Of a DNA stretch of 64,000 nucleotides, positions 1 to 12,184 are shown in pieces. The notes beneath the pieces were generated by a model. The model ran no database searches, had not been told where the DNA came from, and saw nothing but the letters and a program-made list of their open reading frames with translations. Every line of letters starts with the position of its first letter. Position 1 is the stretch's first letter. Origin of the DNA: Prorocentrum cordatum (Eukaryota). Location: assembly GCA_963575745.1 (NCBI GenBank), contig CAUYUJ010000114.1:1-64000 (forward strand), read 5' to 3'. A program made the translations under genes and the position numbers.

Positions 1-80
1 TTTCGGCGCACCCCCCACGCGCTTCGTGGCCCCATAGGGAGCTCCAGCGAAGGCCCCAGTGGCTGCGTCCGCATGCGGTT
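1..80 (-). repeat. Partial monomer of the 90-bp satellite (family A), reverse orientation
   Basis: Reverse complement of the ggggccacgaa...gggtgcg...gcatgcg...gcagccactggggccttc...ggagctccctat unit seen at 12185-13620. Confidence 0.85.
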
Positions 81-132
81 CCACCCCTTAGGGTGAACGC
101 GTTTGCGGTTGAAACTACCTGCAACTCTTCAA

Positions 133-250
133 GAGGAGGAGGAGTAGTTGGAGGAGGAGGAGAAGGAATAGGAGGAGGAGAAGGAGGAGGAGGTAGAGGA
201 GGTAGAAGAGGAGGAGAAGGAGGAGGAGGAGGAGGAGGAGGAGGAGGAGG
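133..250. repeat. (GGA)n microsatellite
   Basis: Direct inspection. Confidence 0.95.
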
Positions 251-316
251 ATGGCATAGCAACAGATGGCATAGCGCGGCACGGCATAGCGCACATTGGG
301 TCGACGTTCGTGACAA

Positions 317-334
317 GCTGGTTTTGGCTCAGAG
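317..334 (+). other. Possible degenerate dinoflagellate spliced-leader (DinoSL) relic
   Basis: TTTTGGCTCA at 322-331 matches the 3' part of DinoSL (CCGTAGCCATTTTGGCTCAAG); it lies about 70 nt upstream of the ATG at 404. Confidence 0.5.
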
Positions 335-403
335 GGTTTGCGTGTACAGAGATATTTCTGTGATCGCTCCCACGCAGTAGCAGGCTCTCTGTCAGTTGCT
401 GCA

Positions 404-1171
404 ATGGCGTATCTCTGCACCAACCAGTTGCCCAAGTTCGAGAAGCTGACGTGCTTCTTCAACGACCTCGGGACCTGGGCACCAGTTCTCGCCCAGGCTG
501 GGACCAACGAGAGCTACGAGCAGGGGGTCGAGGTGAAGATGGTGAAGGAGGCAATCAGTACAGACTGGTCGCATTTCAAGGGCAAGACTGTGCATGTCCA
601 CGCCGTGAAGGCGCACGACAACCCCGCCGATCTGCCCGCGGCCGGCAAGAACGTGAAGTGGCAATTGTATGATGAATATGTGGTCCACGCCTCCACGCTC
701 TTGTTCATAGCGACTCAGCCGTATCCGTCAGGCCACGCAGAAATCGAGTCGCCCTCGTCAGGGAGTGAGTACAGCGCTGGTGTGAGCAAGCGCCCGTACT
801 TGACCTACGAGATCAAGGTTCAGGACAATGATAAGTGGTTGACAGTTTCGGTACCCAACGTACTGGAGGGACCTAACCAGAAGGGAGTGAAGGTGACCCT
901 GGTGGAGAAGTACATCCTCAGTACGCTCGCCTTGCCAGCTGGTCGTGCCAACCTCAACGACATCCGCTTGTACCGTAACCACGGAGGGTTCGCCAGTGGG
1001 AATGCGCTCAAGGGCAACGAGTACACCTACTGGAACCTCTGGTACTTGGTGGTGCTCAACCCTCACTCGCGGGCCATCTACGAAGGCGACGCGAAGTCCC
1101 CCGACTCTGACGTCGTGGATGCTGGCTGGGATCGCGCGCGCTCCATGGAATCTGATGATGACCTAAATTAG
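404..1171 (+). CDS. Intronless 255-aa hypothetical protein (MAYLCTNQLPK...), candidate retrogene; the C-terminal half may be ubiquitin-like
   Basis: Non-repetitive ORF with strong G/C bias at third codon positions, in-frame ATG at 404, TAG stop and a T-rich 3' flank. The fold guess comes only from the residue pattern. Confidence 0.75.
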   Translation: MAYLCTNQLPKFEKLTCFFNDLGTWAPVLAQAGTNESYEQGVEVKMVKEAISTDWSHFKGKTVHVHAVKAHDNPADLPAAGKNVKWQLYDEYVVHASTLLFIATQPYPSGHAEIESPSSGSEYSAGVSKRPYLTYEIKVQDNDKWLTVSVPNVLEGPNQKGVKVTLVEKYILSTLALPAGRANLNDIRLYRNHGGFASGNALKGNEYTYWNLWYLVVLNPHSRAIYEGDAKSPDSDVVDAGWDRARSMESDDDLN

Positions 1172-1697
1172 GCGTCGGCAGATATTGTTTGTTCTTTCGG
1201 TTGTCGGCAGAATTTTGTTATTTCAGCCCGTCTAGGCCAGGCTCATTCTTTGCGAGCCAGGCTCTTTGCGCATATGCACACATGTGCCGTTTGCGCCGCT
1301 GCATTGCAGCTACGCCAGGGCCACTGCCACTGTGAGGGGATGGAGAAGGAGAGGATAAATGATCGATAGAGGAGAAGGAGGGTTGAGAGGACAGAGGATA
1401 GATGATATAACTAGAGGAGATAGAGGGCATGAAGAGAGGACATAGAGGATAGGGGGGCATGAAGGAGGATAGGCTCGAACTAGAGGATAGAGAGGACATG
1501 AAGGAGGAGATAGAGGATATATGATCGACTAGAACGCCCCGCATGCCGCGCCGACAACACATCTGCAGCGGACGACACGCCCGAGATCCCGAGCCTGCCT
1601 GGTTCCGAGATGTGCAGGCGCTAAACACACTCGTCGCGCAGAGCCCATCCCCGCCCCCCTCCCCCCTCCACCCCCCGCGTTCCCTCCTGTCATCTTT

Positions 1698-2060
<363 letters not shown>

Positions 2061-2186
2061 TAGTACTAGGAGCAGTCGTAGTAGTAGGGGGAGGAGTTGG
2101 AGAAGGGTGAAGGATGGTAGGAGGAGGAGCGAACATGTTCGGGATGACGGGGAGGGGAACGAGATGGTGATGCAGACGAATATGAT

Positions 2187-2427
2187 CATGGTGATGACGG
2201 TGGGTTGAAGATTCTGTTGATGATGATCATGGTGACCATTGTGATATTGCTAGCCGTGACGGTCTGAATTATGTTGGTGATGCTGATGTTTGAGGTAATG
2301 ATAATGATGGTGATGGTGATGTTGATCAAGATGCTGATGATGAGTGTGATGATGGTGATGATGACTATGATGATGTTGACGATGATGATGATGCTGGTGA
2401 TGATGATAATGGCGGTGATGATAATGC
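2187..2427. repeat. Degenerate (GAT)n microsatellite
   Basis: Direct inspection. Confidence 0.9.
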
Positions 2428-2451
2428 TGGTTCCCACCACGGAATTTACAT

Positions 2452-2680
2452 GAAATCGTTCGGTGACGGTCGGCAGCAAAAATCGGTAACGGTCGGTAGC
2501 GGTCGGCAACTCCAGCATGAATTTCAAATTAAATCGTTGAAAATCCGTTACCGCGCGCTACCGCTCGCTACCGAAATCGACGCTTTCGCGGTAACGGGCC
2601 GCGACCGATGGTTACCGAAATTTTCGCGGTATCGGTCGCGATCGGTCGTTCCCGATCGTTACCGAAACTTTTCGGTAACG
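2452..2680. repeat. Inverted-repeat-rich cassette (CGGTAAC/GTTACCG motifs) ending in a hairpin
   Basis: Motifs occur in both orientations; CGTTACCGAAA-ct-TTTCGGTAACG at 2657-2680. Confidence 0.65.
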
Positions 2681-3209
2681 CATGATCTGGGTAGAGGGAC
2701 AGGCTCGACTTGGCCGGAGCAGGGCCCGGGCCCGGGCCCCCGAGAGGGAGCCTCCACGCGCAGGCCTCCAATCGTTGAGCACTGCGCCCGTGGTGGGCCG
2801 CCCCCGGAGCAGAAATCTCCCGGGCTATCATGGCCTTCCTTTGGGGCATCTTGGGGCTGCCTTGACCTCCTGTGAGGTAGTCTTGGACAACGTTGTTCTC
2901 CTACGCCGTTTTGGGACTGTATTGTGGGCGTTAAGGGGCCGTTTTGGCGACGTCTGGGGCCGTCGAAAGGCCTTCTGAGGTCGTCTTGTGCCGCACGGGA
3001 TGCCCTCTTGGGCCGTCTTTTTAGCTTCTTCGGGCCCTGTTGGGGTCGTATTGTGACCCTTTGTGGCTCCCATGGAGGCATCTTACGACGTGTTGACGCC
3101 ACATTTGGCCGACTTGGAGCCATCTTGGGACGGCTTCGAGGCATCTTGGGCTAACTTGGTTGATTTGGTTGCATGCCTCGGCCGTCTTGGACGGGAACAC
3201 ATCGCTTTG

Positions 3210-3580
3210 TCCCAACCATCCTGTGGTGTTGGGTACTCGTTTTGTCGAAACAGCGCCCCGCGTTCCCACTCCTCCTCCTCCTCCTCCCCCTCCTCCCTCC
3301 TCCCATACTTGCCTCTGCCCTCCGCATGTCTCTGTTTTGGCACACCCCTCACACGCTTCGTGGCCGCATTGGGAGCCCCGCCGAGGGCTCCAGTGGGAGG
3401 GTTCGCATGGCACCACCGCATCCGATTCGGCAAACCCCTCACACGGTTCGTGGCCCCATAGGGAGCTCCACCGAAGGCTCCAGTGGGAGGGTTAGCATGG
3501 CACCACCGCACCCAATTCGGTACACCCCTCCCACGATTCGTGGCCCCACAATGAGCTCCACCGAAAGCGGTACCCACAAT
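3210..3580 (-). repeat. Inverted unit: terminal CCACAGGATGGTTGGGA motif, (CCT)n run and about 3 copies of the 90-bp satellite
   Basis: Reverse complement of the arrangement at 12185-13990. Confidence 0.8.
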
Positions 3581-3698
3581 GCGGTACCCGCAGCTGCATT
3601 ACGGTTGGGCCCTTCGTCGGGCTACTTCACAAGGGATTGTGGACGCGGGAGTGCGGATCCATTGTTTAGGCTACGGGGGACCGTGGCCTCGGGAGGAG

Positions 3699-3880
3699 CT
3701 GATGGGCCTGTTTTCCACCACCACCACGATAAGTTGGAGGGGGAAGAAAGAGGACGAGGAGGAGGACGAAGAGGAGGAGGAGGAGGAGGAGGAGGACGAA
3801 GAGGAGGAGGAGGAGGAGGAAAAGGAGGACCTCCTCCCCCTCCAACTGATGGAAGTGGTGGTGGAAAACAGGCCCATCAG
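3699..3880. mobile_element. MITE-like element, 182 bp, with about 46-bp TIRs (CTGATGGGCCTGTTTTCCACCACCAC...) and a GAG target-site duplication
   Basis: 3699-3744 is the near-perfect reverse complement of 3835-3880; GAG on both flanks; (GAG)n core. Confidence 0.75.
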
Positions 3881-4469
3881 GAGCGATGCGCGGGAGGGGA
3901 CGCGGCCAGTGGGGGGGTCTTTCCAAAGGTGTCAGAAGCCATGCAAGGCAGCATTTGGCATTTTATACCGCGCCTCCACGAGCCAGGGCGCACCGGTGGC
4001 GCGAAGGGAGGAACGAGGGGAGAATGGGGAGAGCAAAGGAGAAAGGAGGGAGGAGCGAGAAAAGGACGACAGGAGAGGAGGGAGGAACGATAAAGGAGAG
4101 AGGAAGGAGGAGAGGAGAGAGGAGAGAGGAGAGGAGGGAGGATGGAGGAACATGTTTTTTTGCGCTACGCGCGCCGATGTCGCAAAGCGTGGCAAACGCA
4201 ACCCTTTCTCTACACCAGAGGTCCGCACGGGACCAGGGCGCCAAGCGCGCCAATGTCACAAAGCGTGGCAGGCGCTGTATTTCCTCGACGCCTGGCAATG
4301 GTCGCAGGGTGTGGTAGGCGCGGCACATTCTCCATGGCGCGTAGGGTGCGCAAGGTATGGGAGCGCTACGAATGCAAGGGCCGCACGGCGAGGCCGAACG
4401 CTTGGCCGCATCACAAGGACGCACGCCCATAGCACATTCGAACAAAGCAAGGTACGCTTTCTGAGCCAT

Positions 4470-4603
4470 TCCTCCTCCTCCTCCTCCTCCTCATCCTCAT
4501 CCTCATCCTCCTCCTCCTCCTCCTCCTCCTCCTCCTCCTCCTCATCATCATCATCATCATCATCACGATCACCATCATCATCATCATCATCACCACCACC
4601 ACC

Positions 4604-4653
<50 letters not shown>

Positions 4654-4699
4654 GCATCATCAGCATCAGCATCAGCATCAGCATCAGCATCAGCATCAG

Positions 4700-4774
<75 letters not shown>

Positions 4775-4850
4775 CTCCTCCCCCCCTCCCCCTCCTCCTC
4801 CTTCTCCACCCTCCCTCTCCTCCTCCTCCCCCTCCCCCTCCCCCTCCCCA

Positions 4851-4880
<30 letters not shown>
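4470..4880. repeat. Compound (CCT)n/(CAT)n/(CAG)n microsatellite
   Basis: Direct inspection. Confidence 0.95.
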
Positions 4881-4882
<2 letters not shown>

Positions 4883-5399
4883 AAGTACCCAATCTGAACA
4901 CAGCTCCCCCCTCTCCCCTGGTGGCATCCAGCAAATACTCGGCCCCTCTCCCCGTACTGGTGTTGTACACACAGGACTCTCGGGAAACAGGTTTCGCTTG
5001 GGTTGTTCAAAATGCTGCTCTCGCTGAAGCGCGGGCCACATTTTCGGGCTACCGCTCGTTCCGAATCGTGCTCCCGCTGCAGCGCTGACCGATGACGGTG
5101 CGCCGCTGGATCTCCCCAAGGGGGGGGGACAGGACCCACCCTAGCCCCCCCCTTCCCCGATCCGTCGTCGGGGATCCCCCCCCTCCCCCCCTTCCCCGAT
5201 CCGTCGTCGGGGACCCCCCCCCCTTTCCCCGATCCGTCGTCGGGGAAACCCCTGCCCCCCCTTCCCCCCTTTCAAAAGGGGGGGGGTCCGACCCCCCCCC
5301 TCTCCCCCCCTTTCCCCACGCCGCCCCCTGACTCCGGAACCCGACCCCCGCCACCCCTACCCCTAGTCCTCACCCTAACCCAAACCCCTAATCGTAACC

Positions 5400-8300
5400 C
5401 CAAACACTAGCCCCAGTCCCAAAAAGAACTCACTACTCATTACTCACTAACCACTACTTACTACTCGCTATCCGCTACTCACTTCTCAGTACCCATACTC
5501 ACTACTCACGACTCACTACTCACTATCCACTACTCACTACCCACCACCCACTACTTGCTACTCACTACTCCCTACTCACTACTCCCTCCTCCCTACTCAC
5601 TACTCACTCCTCACTCCTCACTACCCACTACTCAATACTCACTACTCACTAAGCACTACCCACTACTCCCAACTTACTACTCACTGATCAGTACTCATTA
5701 CCCACGACCCACTATCCACTACTCACTACTAACTACTCATTGCCAACAGATCACTACTCACTACCCACTACTCGCTCCTCCCTACACAGTACTGCTACTC
5801 CCTACACAGTAATGACTACACAGTACCCAGTACTCGCTACTCGCTACTACCATGCTCACAACTCATTCCCCGCTACTCACTACTCACTACTCACTACTTA
5901 CCACTCCCTACTCACTAGTCACTACATAGTCTCTAGTTACTAGTCACAACTCACTGGTCACTAGTCACTAGTCACTACTCACAACTACTCACCAATCGCT
6001 ACTCACTACCCACTATTCGCTACCCATCTCGTACTACTCACTGCTCACTACTCCCTACTCACTACTGCCTACTCTCTACTCGCTACTCACTACTCACTAC
6101 GCCCTTCTCGCTCCTCACTACTCATTACTCGCTACTCGCTACTCACTACTCACTACCAACTTCCACTACCCTCTACTCTGTACTCATCACTACTCAGTAC
6201 TCACCACTCACTACGCACTACGTACTTCTCAATACTCATTACTCACCACTCACTACTCACTACTCACTACTCGCTACTCACTACTCACTACTCACTACTC
6301 CCTACTCCCTACTCCCTACTCCCTACTCCCTACTCCCTACTCACTACTCAGTACGCGCTACGCACTACCCACTACTCACTACTCGCTAATCACTACTCGC
6401 CACCCACTACCAACTACCCGCCTACTCACTACTCACTACCCAATTATCATTACTCCCTATTCCCTACTCAATACTCACTAGTCGCTACTCGCTACTCACT
6501 TATCACTACTCACTACTCGCCACTCACTACTCACCTATCAGTACACACTATTCACTATTCACTACTCACTACTCCCCACTCCCTACTCCCTACTCCCTAC
6601 TCGCCATTCACTACCCACTACTCACTACCCAATACTCACTACCCACTACGCACTAACTCACTACTCACTACTCACCACTCCCTCCTCTCTACTCCGTACT
6701 CCCTACACGGGGGGGGTCCGACCCCCGCCCCTTTCCAGCGCCAAGGGGGGGAAGGGGGGGGGGGTCCGGACCCCCCCCCTTTCAGTGTATTCAGGGAGAT
6801 CCATTGGCGCACTTCCCCTCATTTCCGCGCTTCCGCTCCCGAATCGTGCTCCCGCTGCAGCGTTGGTATCATTATTTCCAGCGCCATGCCACGGCATGGT
6901 TTTTGTCCTTCCAAATAAACCCCCAAATCTAAAAATCGCAACCCCTAACCCAAACCCCGAATCGTAACCCCTAACCCAAACCCCAATCGTAATCCCTAAT
7001 CGTAACGCCATCGTAACCCAAACCCCTAATCGTCACCCTAGCCCCAGTCAAAAAAAGTACTCACTACTCATTACTCACTATCCACTACTGACTACCCGCT
7101 ATCCGCTACTCACTTCTCAGTACCCCCTACTCACTACTCACGACTCACTACTCACTATCCACTACTCACTACCCACCACCTACTACTCGTTACTCACTAC
7201 TTCCTACTCACTACTCCCTCCTCCCTACTCACCACTCACTACTCACTCCTCGCTACCCACTACTCAAGACTCACTACTCACTAAGCAATACTCACTACTC
7301 CCTACTCACTAATCACTACTCATTACCCACTACCCACTATCCACTACTCACTACTCACTACTAACTACTCATTGCCAACATATCACTACTCACTACCCAC
7401 TACTCGCTACTCGCTACTCCCTACACAATACTGACTACACAGTACTCAGTACTCACTACTCGCTACTCCCATACTCACCACTCATTCCCCGCTATTCACT
7501 GTTCACTACTCACTACTTACTACTCCCTACTCACTACGTCACTACATAGTCTCTGGTCACTAGTCACAACTCACTACTCATTACTCACTAGTGACTACTC
7601 ACTGCTACTCACCAATCGCTACTCACTACCCACTATTCGCTACACATCTCTTACTACTCACTGCTCACTACTCCCTACTCACTACTGCCTACTTTCTACT
7701 CACTACTCACTACTCGCTACGCCCTACTCGCTCCTCACTACTCATTACTCGCTACTCGCTACTCACTACTCACTACCAGATGCCACCACCCACTACTCTG
7801 GATTCATCACTACTCAGTACTGACCACTCACTACGCACTACGTACTACTCAATACTCATTACTCACCACTCACTACGCACTACTCACAACTCGCTACTCA
7901 CTACTCACTACTCACTACTCCCTACTCCTTACTCCCTACTCCCTACTCACTACTCACTACGCACTACGCACTACCCACTACTCACTACTCACTAATCACT
8001 ACTCGCCACCTACTACTCACTACCCACTACTCACTACCCACTACTCATTACTCCCTACTCCCTACTCAGTACTCACTACTCGCTACTCGCTACTCACTTC
8101 TCACTACTCACTACTCGCCACTCACTATTCACCTATCAGCACACACTATTCACTATTCATTACTCACTACTCCCCACTCCCTAGTCCCTACTCACTCCTC
8201 GCCATTCACTACCCACTACTCACTACCCAATACTCACTACCCACTACGCACTAACTCACTACTCACTACTCACCACTCCCTACTTTCAACTCCGCACTCC

Positions 8301-8530
8301 CTACACGAGGGGGGGGGGGTCCGACCCCCCCCCCTTGCCAGCGCCAAGGGGGGGAAAGGGGGGGGTCCGGACCCCCCCCCCGTCAGTGTATTCAGGGAGA
8401 TCCATTGGCGCACTTCCCCTCATTTCCGCGCTTCCGCTCCCGAATCGCGCTCCCGCTGCAGCGTTGGTATCATTATTTCCAGCGCCATGCCACGGCATGG
8501 TTTTTGTCTTTCCAAATAAGCCCCAAAATC
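5400..8530. repeat. Tandem duplication of a ~1.6-kb unit: CCCTAA-like head, degenerate (ACTACTC)n heptamer array and conserved tail
   Basis: Anchors repeat at offsets of about 1600-1630 (ccccagtc at 5411/7041; gtgtattcagggagatccattggcgc at 6785/8386); diagnostic heptamer variants occur in the same order in both copies. Confidence 0.9.
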
Positions 8531-10129
8531 TAAAAATTGCCCCTCAATAAAAAAACACCAGAAATGAGTTCACATTCGGTGTCGGTTTGTTGATTTTTGA
8601 AGCCGCAGACGCCCCCCCACTTTGGGGCTTCGCCACGCCATGCTAGGTCAGGCTACGCGTCCTCCGAATCGCGCTCCCGTTGCAACGCTGGCCTCATTTC
8701 CGTGCTTCCGCTCGTTCGGAATCGTGCTCCCGCTGCAGCGCTGGAGTCATTACTTCCAGCGCCATGCCACGGCATGGTTTTCGGTCCTTCTGAATAGGCG
8801 CCAAAATCTAAAAAGATGCCTCACGAAAAAACCATCGGAAGTGATTCCGCATTCGGCGTCGATTCGGTAATTTCTGGTGCCGCAGAACCCTCCCCCCCCT
8901 TCGTCGGGCCCCGGAACCTTCAAAGACGATCTGGCTGGAAAACGCCGATCCGACTTCACCCCGTAAGGTGTCCAGGGGCCCAGTGTGACCGATTGTTCAA
9001 GGATGCCAGACCATCGAGCCTGGCAGCCCGCCGTATTCTTCCCTGGCATCCATCCTCGCCCGCCACAGCTTCCCCCGCCGCCGCCGTCATCGTCTGCGTC
9101 GTTGTCGCCGTCAGCGATTTCTGTGCGTTCCCTGGAGCTTCTGGAAGTGATCGGGCCATCCGCCACGCCTCGTGCAGAGCTATCCAGGGAGCCCATGAGC
9201 ACTTGGAAAGGAGGCTAGTGGAACGCATGGCAGCGCGTCGAAAGGAAGGAGGGGGCCTTACGCTATTACGGTACCCCTACCAGACGGAACTTGGCATTCG
9301 AAAGCGCCAAACATCGGGCAGCCACGGTTGCGCAGGACATGAAGCCGGGATTCCGGACAGGCCTTCTCCCTTTGTACACGAGCCATTTACCTTCCAAGGC
9401 ATCCGGTGCCATGCCATGCCATGCGATGCGATGTTGCGTTGTGTTCCGCTGTGCGATGCCATGCTTTACGATCTTACGCCTTGTGATGCAGTGCTACACT
9501 ACGCAATGCCAGACCATGCTATGACATGCTCTGCTCTGCCGGGCTCTTCTACACCATGCTAAGCCGTGCTTTACCATGCATCGTTCGCAAACCCTCTCGG
9601 GACCAGTGCCTTGCTCGACATCAGCCTGTGCGCAGAAAGAGGAGATCTGCGCCATGGCAAGGGTTGGGGAGGGGTATGACGACAGTTATGACGTGAGCGC
9701 ACCTAGCCTGTCCAGGCGACGAGCCCAGGGGGGAAATGAGAAGGAGAAGGCCTTCTCAGAAGGCCGCGGGACTTCTTAGAAGTCCGGGGGGCTTCTGAGA
9801 CGTCTCCTTGGCCTATTTCGAATACAGGCAGAACTTCTCAGAAGCCCTCTCAGAAGTCCAGAAACTTCTCAGAAGCCTCGGAAGTCCCGCCCCTTCTCAT
9901 TTCTCCCCCGCGCCCGCCGCCGACTGTCCACATCCCTCTCCCCCTCCCCCTCCCCCTCCCCCTCCTCCCCCTCCAAATGTTCCTCCTCCTCCTCCTGCTC
10001 ATGCTCATCCTGCTCCTCCTCTCCTCCTCCTCCTCCTTCCTCCTCCTCCTCCTCCTCCTCCCCCTCCCCCTCCTCCTCCTCCTCCTCCTCCTCATCCTCA
10101 TCCTCATCCATTCCCCTTCCTTATAAATA

Positions 10130-10700
10130 ACACATCCCTGCTGCATCCCACGACGCGTCGGTAGGGCGGGCCGGGCGTTTCGCCTGAAACTTCCCCGCCA
10201 ATTATGATCGTGCAGCGTGCAGTGTTCAGCCGCCTCCAGGATGGAGGGCGGGTGGTTTTCAAAAGGTAGCCCCACTTTAGCGCCGCACATCTTCGTCTTA
10301 CAAGTTTGCAACACGTTCAACCATTGGGAGCGGGTAGTTCTCGAAATGTGGTTGTCGTGTTAGCGCCGCGCGCAATTCGTCTCCAAAGTTCACAACAGCT
10401 TCAAATATTGAAGACTTCTCATTTTCACAATGCAGTTCTCGCCTCAGCGTCGCGCACACTCGTCGGCTAGCAGCGGTTGCAAGGGTCCGTACGGTTGAAG
10501 CCCCACGAACGGCGTTCTGACACGATTCAGGAGTGTCAGAACACAACAGACAATTTGACTCGCGGTGCGGAAGTCCCAGGACTGGTCTTCTGGCACGATT
10601 CAGCAAAATCAGGACGAAACAGTCACATTGATTCGCGGCGTTGGGGGCCAAGGAATGGTAGCTGGAACCATTCAAGATTCTCAGACGGTTGCGCTTCAAC
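10130..10700 (+). mobile_element. Diverged copy of (CCT)n-flanked dispersed element (family X)
   Basis: Shares the gggcgtttcgcctg head and internal gagggcggg...ttagcgccgcgcacat repeats with 14982-15840, 25880-27012 and 27070-27930. Confidence 0.65.
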
Positions 10701-10719
10701 GGGGTACTTCCTGCGTGTG

Positions 10720-11900
10720 GGTGACACGCATGCGAACTGCGCCACCTGGGAACTTCGGTGGAGCTCCCTCTGGGGCCACGAAACGCTGTACTGGGTGGGG
10801 GAACACAGGCAAACTGCGCCACTGGGACATTCGGTGGAGCATCCACTGTGGACGCGAAACACTGTACTTGGCGGGGGGGGACGCATGCGAACTGCGCCAC
10901 TGGGACCATCGATGGAGCTCCCTCTGGGGCAACGAAACGCTGTACTGAATGGGGGGGCGAATACGAACTGCGCCGCTGTGACCTTCGGCGGATTTCCCTC
11001 TGGGGTCACGAAACGGGCGGGAAGGGGCGCATGCAAACTGCGCCACTGTGACCTTCGGCGGGGCTCCTTCTGGGGCCACGAAACGCTGTACTGGGTGGGG
11101 GGGACGCATGCGAACTGCGCCACTGGGACCTTCAGTGGAGCTCCCTCTGGATCCACGAAGCGCTGTACTGGGGGGGGGGGGCGCATGCGAACTGCACCAC
11201 CTGGGACCTTCGGTGGAGTTCCTTTCTGGCGCCACGAAGCGCTGTACTGGGTGGGGGGGGGGGCGCATGCGAACTGCGCCACCTGGGACCTTGGGCGAGG
11301 CTCCCACTGGGGCTACGTCATGCTGTACTGGGTGGGGGGACGCATGCGCGCCACTGATACCTTCGGTGGAGCTCCCTATGTGACCACAAAACGCTGTACT
11401 GGGTGGGGGTGGGGGGGGGGCGAATGCAAACTGCGCCACTGGGACCTTCGGTGGAACTCCCTCTGGGGCCACGAAACGCTGTACTGGGGGACACATGCAA
11501 ACTGCGCCACTGGGACCTTCGGTGGAGCTCCCTCTGGGGCCACGAAACGCTGTACTGGGTGGGGGGCACGCATGCGAACTGCTCCACTGGGACCTTCGGT
11601 GGAGCATTTCATTCTCTGGGGCCAAGAATCGCTGTGCTGGGTGGGGGTGGGGGGTGGGCATGCGACTTGCGCCATTGGGACCTTCGGTGGAACTCCCCTC
11701 TGGAGCCACGAAACGCTGTACTGGGCGTGGGGAACGCGTGCGAACTGCGCCACCTGGGACCTTCGGTGGAGCTCCCTCTGGGGCCACGAAACGCTACGTT
11801 GGACGGGGAGGACGCATGCGAACTGCGCCATTGGGACCCTCGGTGGAGCTCCATCTGGGGCCACGAAACGCTGTACTGGGCGGGAGAGACGCATGCCAAC
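10720..11900 (+). repeat. ~76-bp satellite (family B), about 15 copies
   Basis: Repeating ggggccacgaaacgctgtactgggtggggg...gcatgcgaactgcgccactgggaccttcggtggagctccctct. Confidence 0.95.
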
Positions 11901-12184
11901 TGCGGAGGAGGGAGGAGGGGGAGAGAGGACGGGAGGAGAGAAGAGGAGAGGAGAGGAGAGGAGAGGAGAGGAGAGGAGAGGAGAGGAGAGGAGAGGAGAG
12001 AGAGAGAGAGGAGGAGGAGGAGGAGGAGGAGGAGGAGGAGGAGGAGGAGAAGGGGGACGCTCTCTTCAAAACGAGGACCCAACACCACAGGACGGTTGGG
12101 GAAATTATCCGGGCGAAAGACCCACCCACATGCAGTTGCGAGTACCGCAAAACAGGTTGGACTAATGAGAAGGAACTGTATGCG

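Noticed and set aside
6941..7030. True telomere
   Set aside because: Repeats are few, degenerate and internal; there is no perfect (CCCTAAA)n tract.
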